This document shows, in pieces, positions 23,654-35,999 of a stretch of DNA of 64,000 nt. The stretch's first letter is position 1. Each line of letters opens with the position of its first letter. The stretch is from Podarcis pityusensis (lineage: Eukaryota), in NCBI GenBank assembly GCA_964106645.2, contig OZ067040.1; one strand, written 5' to 3'. Made by a program: the position numbers and the translations under genes. The notes beneath the pieces were generated by a model, which was not told the origin of the DNA, searched no databases, and saw only the letters and a program-made list of their open reading frames with translations.

Positions 23654-24274
23654 CTGAAACAACGTGGAAAAATGTTAGCTAGAGTTGACAATAACAATGA
23701 GAAGTCTTACAATCTGATCATAAACACATCTGTTTGAAATTACTTATTTTGCCATATCTTCCTTCCTATATTTCCTGTATTTCCCATATCTACCGTCCTG
23801 TTTCTTAGTTTACCTTAAAATGGCTTGGCCTTTAGGAGAAGTTAACTCAAGGAAGTTCATGGAAGAAAAGTTTTCCATCCCCTTCATAACTGCTACAGGT
23901 ACCTGAAACCCCTCAAAAAGCCTTTCCAGAAAGGGAGGGGAGCTTCCTGAACAATGTGGGATGGAGTGTGGGGGCTGCTGGGGGGCTCCATGAACTTCCT
24001 TACTTATCTTAGGCTCCAAACTCGATTTTGGTAGAATCTTCTTTCCCCAGCAACTCATTCCCTGTTGCTCAGGAGGGGTCCTGATCATTCAGAGATGATT
24101 TCAGGGGGTGCAGAGGATTGCAGAAGAGAGGTGGGGACAGACAACTTTCCTTCAATTAACTTCCTTAAGTTAATTTACCTTAGTATACAAACTAAGCCCT
24201 TGAGCTATCAAAATCTATAGATCTACTACCTATAAAACTTTAACTGCAAAAAATATATAGCTATAACTACAAAC

Positions 24275-24307
24275 CTTTTTTGCTTCTTCCAATACACTTT
24301 CAATGTC
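24275..24307 (-). CDS. TATDN3: TATDN3 exon 2 (DIESVLEEAKK)
   Basis: AG/GT-bounded 33-nt exon, homologous to DLDDVLEKAKK. Confidence 0.92.
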
Positions 24308-25049
24308 CTAGAAGATATTAAAAATATAATTATGCTAGCAGAATAATTTGTAAAGAAGGGGAGAAAGCAGTAGAAATGGCAAATGTGTCCTTTCTTTTTC
24401 AATAACTCTTTGCACCTAAAAGTTGTCAAACGTTACTTATTTAAACCACCGCTGTCTCTTCTTTCAAACAGAAGGAAAGCTATTACTACTACAACTACTC
24501 ATTAAGGTGTTTTTCCTTTTCAATTCATATATTCAGGTACAGATAAGGGCAAACAAATGCACGTGCATTTTGCAAAAGTAAAATGATTTCCCCCCCCCCG
24601 GCTTTATGTTATATCGGCCCATAGATGAGCTGTTTACATTTTTACTGATCAGCACTGGAGACTTCTATCCCCTTTCACACGGGGACCGAAGTAAATTCAG
24701 ATGTCCCTGACCGCAAGCTCTTGCTGGGATGAATAACTGCGGAAGGAGAGGGGGCTTTTCATAGAATCAAAGCTAGAAGGCCCCAAGGGGCTTGAAACCA
24801 CGACCCTGAATGTCTCGTGCTCTACCGACTGAGCTATTTCACCTGCACATCCTCCCCGGGGAGGAGGCATGTTAATTGTAGCTTTACTTGGTAAAAAATT
24901 ACTGCTTTCAATCTGGAAAAGAAATATGTTTTATTAATGTCAGACATTAAGTAATTCATACTGAAGGAAGCTAGTAGTAGATAGCATGTGACTTTATGCA
25001 TGTGTATAGGGAAGTTTGTAACGTTTGGTGTTTTATTATCCTTTTATAT

Positions 25050-25407
25050 TGGTCAACAAAAGAGGGTGAAAGACCGTCTCAAGGCAAATCTAAAAAAATG
25101 TAGTATAAACACCGACAACTGGGAAATACTGGCCTGCGAGCGCTCCAATTGGAGAACAGCGTTTTCCAAAGGTGTCATGGACTTTGAAGACACTCGAACT
25201 CAGGACGAAAGGGAGAAACGTGCTAAGAGGAAGGCACGCTTGGCAAATCCACACCGTGATCAACTCCCACCGGGAAACCTACCGGTATGTCCCCACTGTG
25301 GAAGGACGTATGGATCCAGAATTGGCCTCCACAGTCACTTACGGACTCATTGTTAAAACCGCGTTTATGGAAGACAATCTTACTCGGCTACGAGTGATCG
25401 CCAAAGA
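25050..25407 (+). mobile_element. RTE-clade LINE 3' fragment
   Basis: GQQKRxKD.LK...W...CPHCGR...RIGLHSHLRTH zinc-finger C-terminus. Confidence 0.85.
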
Positions 25408-25674
25408 TATTCTGGAAGTTTTTGACATTTTATTATGTTTTTATATTCTGCTGGAAGCCGCCCCGAGTAGCTGGGGAAACCAAGCCAGAGGGGCGGGGTA
25501 TAAATGATAAAATTATTATTATTATTATAGGGGTTAGCCACCGTAGGAAACCGTAAGAAATGGGTCGCTGGACCAGATGGGTCCTCGATCTCAACTCTTA
25601 TGAGATGAGAGGGAGAAGGAATTATAAGCGGCGGCCAACCGCAGGGTGGAAACCGCACCGCGCCGCCCACTCAC

Positions 25675-25725
25675 CCCTCGGAACTCGGGCGCGGCGAGGT
25701 GGCAAAGGCAGTCCACCGCCCCCAT
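25675..25725 (-). CDS. TATDN3: TatD DNase domain-containing 3, exon 1 (MGAVDCLCHLAAPEFRG)
   Basis: ATG at 25725, donor GTGAGT. Matches human VDCHCHLSAPDF except for H->L. Confidence 0.93.
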
Positions 25726-25933
25726 CCCGACGACGCGCGCGGAACCGAACGCCGAGGGGGCTTCGCTTTCCAGCCGGACCTATTTTGCCGAAGCTCCCTC
25801 TCGCGCGCGCAAGTGCGCACAGCCAACCCGCCTTTCAATACGGCTCGGCTTAGCACTGCTTCCGGTTGAGGGAGGGAGATAAAAAAAATCAACGAACGGT
25901 TTATCCGAGAGAGCGGGAAAAAGGCAGGCCGAG
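25726..25933. promoter_or_regulatory. Bidirectional CpG-island promoter of TATDN3/NSL1
   Basis: 208 bp between divergent ATGs; CpG-rich; TCTCGCG (~25799), NRF1-like GCGCAAGTGCGCA, ETS CTTCCGG at 25859-25865. Confidence 0.85.
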
Positions 25934-26116
25934 ATGGAGGAGGCGCCGCCGCCGGCTGCTGCTGCTGCTTCCCCTCGGGACTGCCGGGTGCGGTGCTGCT
26001 CGCGGCGCCAGACGGCCGAGTTGTTGGACTACTGCCAGCCTTTCGTGCGGAAGCTCGGGGAGGGCCAGCCGGTGGAGGCCGAGAGCTTGGAGCAGGCCGT
26101 GGTCGAAGCGATCTGG
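25934..26116 (+). CDS. NSL1: NSL1 (MIS12 kinetochore complex component), exon 1
   Basis: MEEAPP...DCRVRCCSRR...FVRKLG...AIW resembles human DFRVRCTSKR...FVQKLG...AQW; donor GTAAGG. Confidence 0.92.
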
Positions 26117-26627
26117 GTAAGGGCGGCCCAGCTGAAGGGGCGGCTGGGAAGGGGGAGGCCCACACGACCCCCCCCCCACAACTACAGCTTTCGGGCGGCG
26201 CGGGTTGCCCAGTTTCTAAGGCGTGTCAGATCAAAAATCATTTCTCTCCATTGCGTGTCATTGAATTGCTTGTGGAGCCTTGTTCTGTGGTGCTGAGATG
26301 TTTGGTGCAATAATTTCTTCTTTAAAAACTGTTACTTTTCCATATGTAATAGAGTATTATTCTTATTTATTCTGCCTTTTCATCCTGACAGGGGGTCAAG
26401 GCGGCTTTAAGATAAAAGAGAAACAGATCGTTGCAATACAAACATCACAGCTCTAGCTGTTTCCTCAAATATAATTTTAAATGCAGTAAACCACAACAGC
26501 AGCTAGCCGTGTCATTTTTTGAGGTGGGAACAGGGGAAGCATATTGGCAGCTTAAAATTAGAACCATGACTTAAATGCATGTTAAAGGCTCCCATCCAAT
26601 AAGTCTCTCCGGATGTTTCCTCTGAGG

Positions 26628-26765
26628 CAGTGCAGTTTTTCTAGAAAAAGAGGTGCTGGCACTCGCAATGAACGCCTCCCTTGTTCTCCTATAATGGCAA
26701 TGGCACCCACCTGAGAGGTGCCGGTACTGAGTTCCAGTGAGTTCTGGCTGGGGGGGAAAGCCCTG
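26628..26765. mobile_element. hAT MITE
   Basis: CAG...AAAGCCCTG ends; TSD CTCTGAGG/GTCTGAGG. Confidence 0.65.
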
Positions 26766-28274
26766 GTCTGAGGAGGTTGTCTTGATTTCTTGCTTCTCAT
26801 CTCATAAGGAGATGAATGGATGCCAGGTGTAAAAGTATAGAGGACTCATCTTGACTCTGGCAAGACCATACCTGCGAGTACCAGGAATTTATTGACAGGC
26901 CTGCTGCAGAACATCAGCATTTAGCAATTTCTAAATGAGCAGCGACCAACAAAAACGTCATTATCTCCTGATGAGTTACATGTTGATTTGATTCACCCAT
27001 TATTCCTAACAAGACTAACAAAGGAGTTGGGTTTATCTTTGTATTTGCAATAATCCCTGACAAGGTTCTTTTATCTTTAATATGGCATCACAGTTTTTTT
27101 TGCTTTTTTAAAGAATCTATTTATTTGTTTTTAGTTCATTTCCCCACACTTTTCTGTAAAATCAGCCAAAGATATAGATAGGAAGTAGATAAATATATAT
27201 ATATATTTAAATATATAATTTTGACAATAAACAACCAGTAGTATTGAAACAGTATGAACATGGATGGAACCGGAAAACATACAGAAAATGCTTGTTTGAA
27301 TAACAAGGTTCTCAAGAAAGGGAGCCCATCAGACCTCCCCAGGGAGGATATTCCACAGGTGGGGTGCTGCAACTGAGAAGGGACTGAGGTGCTGTCCTTG
27401 GTACCTGTCAAATAGATTTCCAGGGCAAACATTTCAGAGACCAGGGCCCTTGATGCTGATCATAAGGCGCTAGAAGGCTCATATGGGTGAAGGTGGTCTT
27501 TTAAGGTTAACCCAATATATAACATTAATTCTGGAAATGAATGAAGTTATAATTCAGTGGTTGAAGTTTCATGAGTCCTCCTTTCAGTGCTAGGAAAAAC
27601 AGCCCCTGTAAATTTTCATGGTTCCAGGATCTGGTTAAAATAGTGATATTATAGATGGCTATTGTATAATTCTATTAAAAAATTGCTTTTTCTAAATGTT
27701 TAAAGTAGTTCACATACAGCGTATTACAGTGAAAGTATACATGTTTATTTGGAAGTCCAATTGTGTTAAGTGAGGCTTATCCCTGGCTTAGTAGGTAGGT
27801 TACTTTAGGAGTACAGCCTTTGTGATTCTTGCAGCAGACGTATTGACTAGGCCAGTACTATCGCCCATATTACAGGGTTGTATTCTTTCTCTTCAAAGTG
27901 AACTGAAGTATGTTATATTCCACTTCTCTCTGCTGTTTCCCCTAATTTGTTTTCCTTACCAACATGAAGGCACTGTTTGCATTTTTTGGCTCCAAAATGT
28001 TTTGGGTCATTCTTCTGAGTCTGCATGAATTGGTTGTAAAAAGGATGTGAAATATATTCTCTGTTCAGCCTTATCTGTTTATGAAGGCCTTTTCCTATAG
28101 TACGGTTGGCGTATTATTGGGGGGGGGTGTGCTGTTACAGACATCCTTACTTAGGATGGGTGCTGGATAACATGGCTACTATTTATGTGTGTTTGTTGGT
28201 TAAATCCCTCTCTGTAGTCCCACAGCAGGGGCTTTGATTTAACTGTTTGTGGAAGCATGCTTGTAAAGGGACTC

Positions 28275-28816
28275 TGTGACCACTCAGTCCTTGCCCAGAA
28301 GAACTAAGAAAGAATGAGGCACTTTTAAAACAAAACAGGAAGTTTATTTGTCTGCGCATAAAGAGGTTATAGTTTAGTGGTTACTTTTGCAAGGCACAAT
28401 ACTTTGTTTCAGATAGACACTCTCAACAGAGATGGTTAATAACTGTCTTAACACTTCCATCCTGTAAGTGGGCAGAGAAATTCTTTCTAGGATGGTTATT
28501 GTTTTACACTATACATAAAACACTTCCTGCTTTTCCCATAGTCCAAACCTTCCCCTCAGGTACATCTTTGTGTGCCCACAGATAATCTTTGTCTGTTTCC
28601 ACTGACAGATAAAACCCAAGTCCACTCAAATAACCAGAGATTCCTTCTGCCTACCCAAATAGAAAGTCCCTAACCTGAAACCCAGGTCCCTGACCCTTTC
28701 GGACTGTTAAGTGTAAGCATCTATTCCACACACTCTCTCCTGAGTGGCTGAACTACTAGCCATCTCCCACTGGTTGTTGGGTCACCAGGAGGCAGACCCA
28801 AGGTCTGTCCACCACA
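28275..28816 (-). mobile_element. Solo LTR
   Basis: TG...CA ends; TSD GACTC/GCCTC. Confidence 0.55.
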
Positions 28817-28984
28817 GCCTCTGTCTCCAGAGTAATGTGAGCCAGCTTTTCTCCATAGCTCGCTACTTTATGCTACACAGAAGTAGAAAAAAAGATGACA
28901 GTATGAGGTAGTTTATGGAGTGTTATATTGCATCAATAGATTAATTAGCATTTTTAAGAGTTCTGATGTATACATTTTCTACAG

Positions 28985-29063
28985 AATTTCGAAACAGCTG
29001 TACAAGAGAATATTACTGTTAACGGACTCCCATGGCAGGAGTCATCAGATGATCCTCAAAATG
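28985..29063 (+). CDS. NSL1: NSL1 exon 2 (NFETAVQENITVNGLPWQESSDDPQN)
   Basis: 79 nt, matches FESAVQENISINGQAWQE. Confidence 0.95.
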
Positions 29064-30259
29064 GTATGTGAACTTTTGAATATATTTTTCTTATTTCTGT
29101 GCTGACTTATTTATGTTTTAGTCTTCTGCCTATGAACCCCAACAAATGTATGAACAGAGGGTATCTGCAGGTGCCTTTTAATATACTGGTCCCCTGGCGA
29201 ATAGACATTTTGTTGTGGCAACCGCAACCCAGCTTTAAGGTGCCATTTGGCACCTAGCTTAAATATCTTGAGTTTCTAACAGTGGTTGGGAACCGTATTT
29301 TTAGGTGAGGCAAAAGGATATGTGTAAGCTGCCAGACTTCAAAAATAACTTTTTATAATTTTTAAGTGTACCTGAAGCAATAGGAACATCTGCAGGGAAG
29401 TTGCATTAATTTTTTGTGTGCAATTGATGAATCTTTTGATATTCTTTTATCACCAATTGTACAATACAATGTTAATAATAATAAGTTTGTGTTTTTTAAA
29501 AATATTGTCAGGTTTTGTTATTACTATATTTGTACTATTTGTAGGACTAAAAAAGCCCCCAAAACTTCCTTTTCCCAGGATTTTCTTTTCTTTTTTTTTT
29601 TTTTTTTTTGGGTGTTGCCATGTTTGTCCAGCAGGGGATGCTCAAAATACATCCTTGGCAGTAGCAGTACCTCTGTTTAAGAGGGATAGCTAAGTTAGTC
29701 TTTTGCAGCAAAATCAACAAAAAATCTTGTGGCATCTAAAAGACAAACAAGCTTATTATGCCACAGGTTGCGAACTAGAGGAAGTAGATTCTGGCTTATA
29801 TAATAATAAATGCTCTTTGTGCTTTATTCATCTACCTTACCTAGAAGCTGGTCTGTTAGCCATTTCTTTGGAAATAATTTAATTTTTGAGTAAATCTTCT
29901 AAATTAGATTTAGAATGGAAGTACAGCTAAAGGTTTTGCTGTCTTAATTTAATCACTCGTTGCTGTGAACCTGCTACCACCTGTTGGGAACAAGAAATAA
30001 CTATAGCTAAAAACTTTGCTGTCACTAGTTGTGTGGGTTTTTTTAATGCAACTTACTTTGATGGCATCTCCCTTTTGAAGCTGTTGTTTTCTAGTCAGAT
30101 GAGGTAGATAGCCTTCTGTTCCAGTTCCCTCACCACCCCAATTAGCAGTTACAGCATTGCGGTAGTTGTGAACTGCAACTTTAATTGTACCTAAAGCTGC
30201 CCATTTCTACAACTTGGTGTATCCATCTTCTCTGGTCCTTCTCTGCTTTAAAATGTGCT

Positions 30260-30995
30260 GATCAGATCAAACCTAGAGTCCTGTTTCTAGTTCTGGGTAC
30301 CACTGTTTCAAGGAGGGCACTGACCATTTGGAGTGTTCTCAGTGGAGGGCAACCAAGATGGTGAAAGATCTGGAAACCAACCCAAATCCTTATGAGGAGC
30401 AGTTGAAATGATTCATTATGTTTAGCCTGAAGAGGAGAAGATGAAGGGGTGCAGAGGAGACACGCATGACAGCAGTCTTTCAAACATTTGACAAGTTGTC
30501 ATACAGAAGGCTATGCTCTGCCGCCACAGATGGAGGTAGTTATGCTTCTGAATACCAGTTGCTGAAAGCAGCAGGAGGGAAAGGTGCTCTTGTGTTCAGG
30601 TCCAGCTTGTGTGCTTTCCACAGGCATCTGGTGAGCCAGAGTTAGAATAGTATGCTGTTTTAAATGGACCATTGGCCTGATCCAGCAGGCTCTTTTGATG
30701 TTCTTTAGATGGAGCAGAATTGCATCTTTGCTCCAAGGCACAGGACTAGAACCAATAGATGGAAATTTTAGGGAAGCAGATTTCTGCTGCTCATTAGTAG
30801 AACCTTTCTCAGAGTAGCTCAACAGTGTTCAAAAGCTGTTCAACAGTGGAACAGGCCACCTTGAGAGGTGATGGACTATCCTACTCAGGAGGTATCTGAG
30901 CTGAGGCTAAAGAGCCAACTCTCAGGGATGCCTCCTGCATTGAGCAAGTAGTTGGACGGTTTGACCTGCATCCCTTCCAACTCTATGATTCATAG
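30260..30995 (+). mobile_element. Old CR1 3' fragment interrupted by a SINE (30510-30705)
   Basis: Degenerate homologue of the 18048-18981 element; CTTCCAACTCTATGATTC tail. Confidence 0.7.
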
Positions 30996-31029
30996 TTCCA
31001 CATATCCCTGATCAAGATGGAGTCAAGTA

Positions 31030-31269
31030 CAGTGGTACCTTGGTTTACAAACTTAATCCGTTCCGGAAGTCCGTTCCTAAACCAAAGCATTCTTAAACCA
31101 AGGCGTGGTTTCCTATAGCAATGGGGGACTCAATTTACAAATGGAACACACTCAACATGTTCGGTTTCCAAGGCAAAGTTCACAAACCCAAACACCTACT
31201 TCCGGGTTTGCTGCGTTCTTAATCCAAGTTGTTCATAAACTTAGCTGTTCTTAAACCAAGGTACCACTG
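31030..31269. mobile_element. Tc1/pogo (Tigger-like) MITE
   Basis: TIR CAGTGGTACCTTGGTTTA; TA TSD. Confidence 0.85.
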
Positions 31270-31507
31270 TATAATACATCTTTCAATTTTTAGTTCTTAC
31301 GGTAACTGAAGATAACCTTGTGTTTCTCAGGGAATGGGGTGGGGTGATACCTTAACCATGCATTTCTCAAAGCTCCTTGGGGAATCTTTAAGACCACTGC
31401 GCTTGGAAGAGGAAACATTTTTTGCAGAGATATTGCAAACAAGACTTTCACATAGATTGTCCAAATAATTTTACATACCATATATTCATATCTGTCTTGT
31501 GAATTAG

Positions 31508-31638
31508 ATACGGATATCAAACTCCTTGAAGATCAGCTTGATGAGTTAATAGTGGAGGTGGCATCCAAACGCAATCAGTATCCCAGAAAAATTCAAGTGC
31601 ATGTGGTCCAAGCACTTAAAAGAAAGCAAGAGTTATTG
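31508..31638 (+). CDS. NSL1: NSL1 exon 3 (TDIKLLEDQLDELIVEVASKRNQYPRKI...)
   Basis: 131 nt, KRxQYPRKI motif. Confidence 0.95.
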
Positions 31639-33072
31639 GTGAGTATCCTTAATTCTTAGTTCACTTGATGCATTTCAAAAGAAGAATGTTGTTCATCTGT
31701 TGCTTATGAATCGGCCAGCAGATACTTTTGAATGTTAGAAAGAAAATGTAAATTCTAGCTTTTAGACTACATGAATTCCTCTCCCTTAATTTCGCTGTAC
31801 TCCGGTTAGGGAGATCATGCCAACAATTGCTGTGAGGATTGATGAAGTTTGTGCTGAGTGCACACTTGCCCTACAAATGTATTTTAGAATAATACCTTTA
31901 AAACTGGTTTTTCAATGCAAGTTTATTTTTGTACCACCAGAATATGTTAAATGCTTCTTGGGGGAAAATGTTCTGCTGATCTCAAGTGTGAAGTGACACT
32001 TCTTTTGGTAGTGCGCATAGGGCCAAAGATATGGTTTAGCATGTCCAGGATATGGTTGCAATTAATTTCTCTTTCTCTGCATCTTCTTGGGGCACATCAG
32101 TCCTTCTATCCTGAGTCTAATTTTTAAAAGTGCAGAGTGTATAAACATTAGTTCCAACTTTGCCATTGAGTGCTGAGTCGAATCCTTAAATTGAAGGTAT
32201 TGATGAGTTATAAACTATCACAGTATCTGATTCTGCTCCTTGCACCCATCCTGCAGGTTTTCCACTGGTGAGCATATTTGGCTAAATGTTGCTCTCAAGA
32301 ATGTATCTAGTGAAATGCCATCAAATTTAAGTTTACCAGATGGACATAATAATGAATAGATAGTTCCTAGCTGCACTGTGTCTTCTGTTCCTTACTGTTT
32401 CCCTGCTGCAACTATTTTAACCTCTCAGATGCCAGCTGTGTGCAAGCTACTTTTCAGTAAAGAAAAGCTTTCCCCGTTTCCACTCTGTATTTTTTATTTT
32501 ATTTTATCAGCACGTGTTGAAAGCTCAGATTCTGTGTGCCTCTTACACCAGGCTCGTAATCATACTGCTATACTGTAAGCACAAACAGTTTGTATGAGAT
32601 AATGCACAACTGGGTCATCAAATCTTGGTGACCAAGAAGTGATCTGTGGGACAGAAAAGATGCCTGCACTGGTTCTTTGATTTTGATTTTAAGAGAGAAG
32701 GAGGTGGCATACAGTGAAGCTGTCAGTGGTTACTAGTTATGATATTCACCTTCCACTGTTGGAGGCAGAATGCCACTGAGTGAATACCACTTGCCAAGAA
32801 ACACAAGTGGGGAAAGTGACCATGCTCTCAGGTCCTGCTTAGGGGCCTCCGTCTGGCATCTGATTGGCCACTGTGAGAACAGGATGCTGGACTGTAAGGA
32901 CTGTTGGCCTGTTTCAGCAGGCTGCTCTTAAATTCACTTAGTTTTTTGTGCCACTTCCTAAGCCTAGCAGCAGAGGGCAGTGTTTGGTCATTCTTCTAAA
33001 TTGCATTAGAATTTGAAAATGCAATTGTTTGATAGCTCAGGTTAAAATTTCAAGTGTATTATCATGGCAGTA

Positions 33073-33293
33073 CAGTGGTACCTCGGGTTACATACGCTAC
33101 AGGTTACAGACTCCACTAACCCAGAAATAATACCTCGGGTTAAGAAGTTTGCTTCAAGATGGGAACAGAAATTGTGCTCCGGCGGCACGGCGGCAGCAGG
33201 AGGCCCCGTTAGCTAAAGTGGTGTTTCAGGTTAAGTTTCTGATTAAGAACGGACCTTTGGAATGAATTAAATACGTAACCAGAGGTACCACTG
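33073..33293. mobile_element. Tc1/pogo (Tigger-like) MITE
   Basis: TIR CAGTGGTACCTC; TA TSD; inverted homologue at 61289-61503. Confidence 0.85.
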
Positions 33294-33544
33294 TATTTAG
33301 GCAGTCTAGATAAATGAGGAAAATAGAACTGCTTTTGGTAGTTCTTTGTACTGGAACAAGAATGCTGGATACTACTGGATAATCCTACTGCATGCCTATC
33401 AGAATGAATTCAATTCTCCGTTTTCCATACAAAAGAATCAGACACTCTCAGTTGTGAATGATGTCCTGTTGTAAGCTTAATAAAACTCAAAGCAAACCAA
33501 ATACTTTGCGATGGAGGTTCTAAATATTATATTTGTTCATACAG

Positions 33545-33599
33545 GGCTGCTATCGACCTCTTGCGAATCATCAAGAGATAAAAGCAGAACCTTCTCAAG
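33545..33599 (+). CDS. NSL1: NSL1 exon 4 (GCYRPLANHQEIKAEPSQ)
   Basis: 55 nt, CAG/GT boundaries, phase fits. Confidence 0.85.
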
Positions 33600-33741
33600 G
33601 TAATGGTTTGAAATGATGAAATCATAGTTTAATGCTAGCCTGAAAATGTCACCATTGCAAAAATAAAAATAAAATGCTGCACTTTTTCATATTCTCGACA
33701 GTTACAATTTAAAACACTTACTGCTCTGTTCACTCTTTTCC

Positions 33742-34025
33742 AGATAGCCATGTTAATCTATTGCTGAAAAAACAGTGCAAATAGAACATTTATTATGGCA
33801 TAAGCTTCATGGACTAGAGTCCATATCATTGGATGCAAGAAGTGTTATCCTAAACTGGCAGGCATATATACACACAGCTGTAAGGGTTTCTTTTTTTCTC
33901 TTCGCCTGTGTGTGTGTATGTGTGTGTGTGTACCTGCCAGTTTAGCTGGTACACCTGACATGGACTCTAGTCCATGAAGCTTATGCCATAATAAATACGT
34001 TAAGTCACTAGAGCCTCTTGTTTAT
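33742..34025. mobile_element. Older palindromic Penelope-like relic with degenerate hammerhead
   Basis: 37-bp perfect inverted repeat (33788-33824 and 33960-33996); TGGAC-tcta-GTCCA stem followed by GAAGCTTA. Confidence 0.55.
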
Positions 34026-34273
34026 TCTCTGTGGGCAGTAGTGGCTTTGTTTAAATATTTTAATTTATTTAAATGTTTGGGAAGCCATCTCTTTGTGGTT
34101 TTTACTGTGCTAAGCTCCTTAGAGGCTGTGGTAATTGTTGTTAGTATTATAATAATATTTATTTATATCCCACCTTTTCCCTTGACAGGCACTCAAGGCA
34201 GCTTATAGCTAAAATAGAAACAGCTAAAAACATAGATAAAAAGCAATCATTAAAAAACAATTAAACATTAATA

Positions 34274-34275
<2 letters not shown>

Positions 34276-34317
<42 letters not shown>

Positions 34318-34385
34318 TGTGTGTGTATCTGTGTGTGTGTGTAGATAGATGGATGGATGGATATGGATACATAGATATAGATATA
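34276..34385. repeat. Compound (TA)n/(TG)n/(GATG)n microsatellite
   Basis: Direct reading. Confidence 0.9.
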
Positions 34386-34425
34386 TGACATACAGATCAT
34401 TACAATAAAAACATCATAGCACCAG

Positions 34426-34834
34426 TGTCAGGACTGGTCGTTGTCCTCTTCAGATCACCACACAAACGCTTCTTGTTCTTTTATAACTTTTTATTGCGTA
34501 TTAACAAAACAATCTTATAAACGGTTCTTAAATATTATTCCTCAGAGTCACTTCTTTCAGATACCTTCTGAGCTCTCCATGACCAGCCACTCTCAAAATA
34601 GCGAAGGCGCCCTTCCCTTCGCTTTCCGCTCTTTTTTCTAACCTCCTGGCTAGAGCTGGCCTGTATCTCCCCTCCTCCGAATCTGAGCTAGAACTTAACC
34701 CTTGTCTTTCCTGTGAACAGCCGGTCCCTCCCTGTTGTTCCCTTCTATTAGATTCACTGCTCTCCTCCCCCCCTTGGGGAATGCTTTCTCCCTCTGGGAA
34801 ACTGGAATCTTCTAACTCTAACTCTTCCCTGACA
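34426..34834 (-). mobile_element. Solo LTR inside an L2 fragment
   Basis: TGTCAGG...CCTGACA; 5-bp TSD ACCAG. Confidence 0.85.
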
Positions 34835-35410
34835 ACCAGCCCTTTCTGGACACCAACTTTGAATTGTGCCCAGAAACACACTGGTATGCAGTGGAGCAAT
34901 TGTAACAAGGGAGTTGTATGACACCTAAAACCAGCCCCAGTCAGCAATTTGGCTGCAGCCATTGACATTTCGGAGCACTTTGACTACTGTTCCAGTGCAG
35001 TCATTCTGCCCCTTTTTTCTAGCCCATGTTCCGTTCTTCAGAGGCACGGCTTTTCATTTCAAAACTCTTCAAGTGGGGCACTAAACAGGAACGCAGGCTA
35101 GGAGCATAGCAGTCTCTGCCTTATGCCAGGCCAAGTTCTTTGTCCACTTACTTGGTCCACTTACTGACAGCAACTGTCCAGAATCTTTGGCAGAGGTCTT
35201 TCCCATCACCAGCTACTTGTACTGGGATTCTCAGCATTGAGTCTGGGATGTCCGGACATTGCATGCAAAGCATTGTGGTACCACTGAGCTACAATCTATC
35301 TCCTTGGTTAGTAGATTGTGTGTGAATTCTGGTTAGTAGATGGTGAGAATTCTGACACCCCAGCATGTGATTATCATTAACACTTTGTTAAACATGCCCT
35401 TAATTTAGAT

Positions 35411-35999
35411 CAGGGGTTCTCAAACTTTTTTCTCTGGCCAGAGAATAAAAAATTGCTCGCCCCACACCAAATTTTTTTTATTGATAAGAAATGCATTGGA
35501 AAACAAAAAGAAACAACTCCTAGCAGTGCTTTATTTGTAGCATGGAACACAACTACTTTATAACATGATCATGGGGCATCCAGAAAGTATAGAACAATAC
35601 AGCTACATAAGAACATGAATCATTCCCAATATATAATTATAAACAAGCTTATTACATATGTACCTTAAGTATGTACACAAACTCCATGAGAGGCTTGAGC
35701 TGTTTTTTCCGGGTAATCTCATTTAGATTAGGTCTAATTTGAGACAAACTCACTCTCATCTCATCAACACAAAGAAGCCTTTCTCTTTTCTGATCTTTCA
35801 TATTTGTCAGATTTGAAAATCCCTGTTCAGAACAGTAAGTCGTGGAGAACTGTAGAAGAATAGCCAATGCTGTTGAATAAAGGCATAGATACTGCTTCTG
35901 GTTGTGTATGCATACAACACTGAAATATTTAAATGTTTCTTTGATTGTCCTTGAATCTTCTCGCCACCCGTGCCATCCTCTGCCCTTTGAGAACCTCTG
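35411..35999 (-). mobile_element. Internally deleted hAT (Charlie/Buster-type) transposon with transposase C-terminal remnant
   Basis: TIR CAGGGGTTCTCAAA/TTTGAGAACCTCTG; TSD ATTTAGAT/ATTTAGAC; LLQFSTTYCSEQGFSNLTNMK...MRVSLS.I.P dimerisation-domain motif. Confidence 0.85.
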
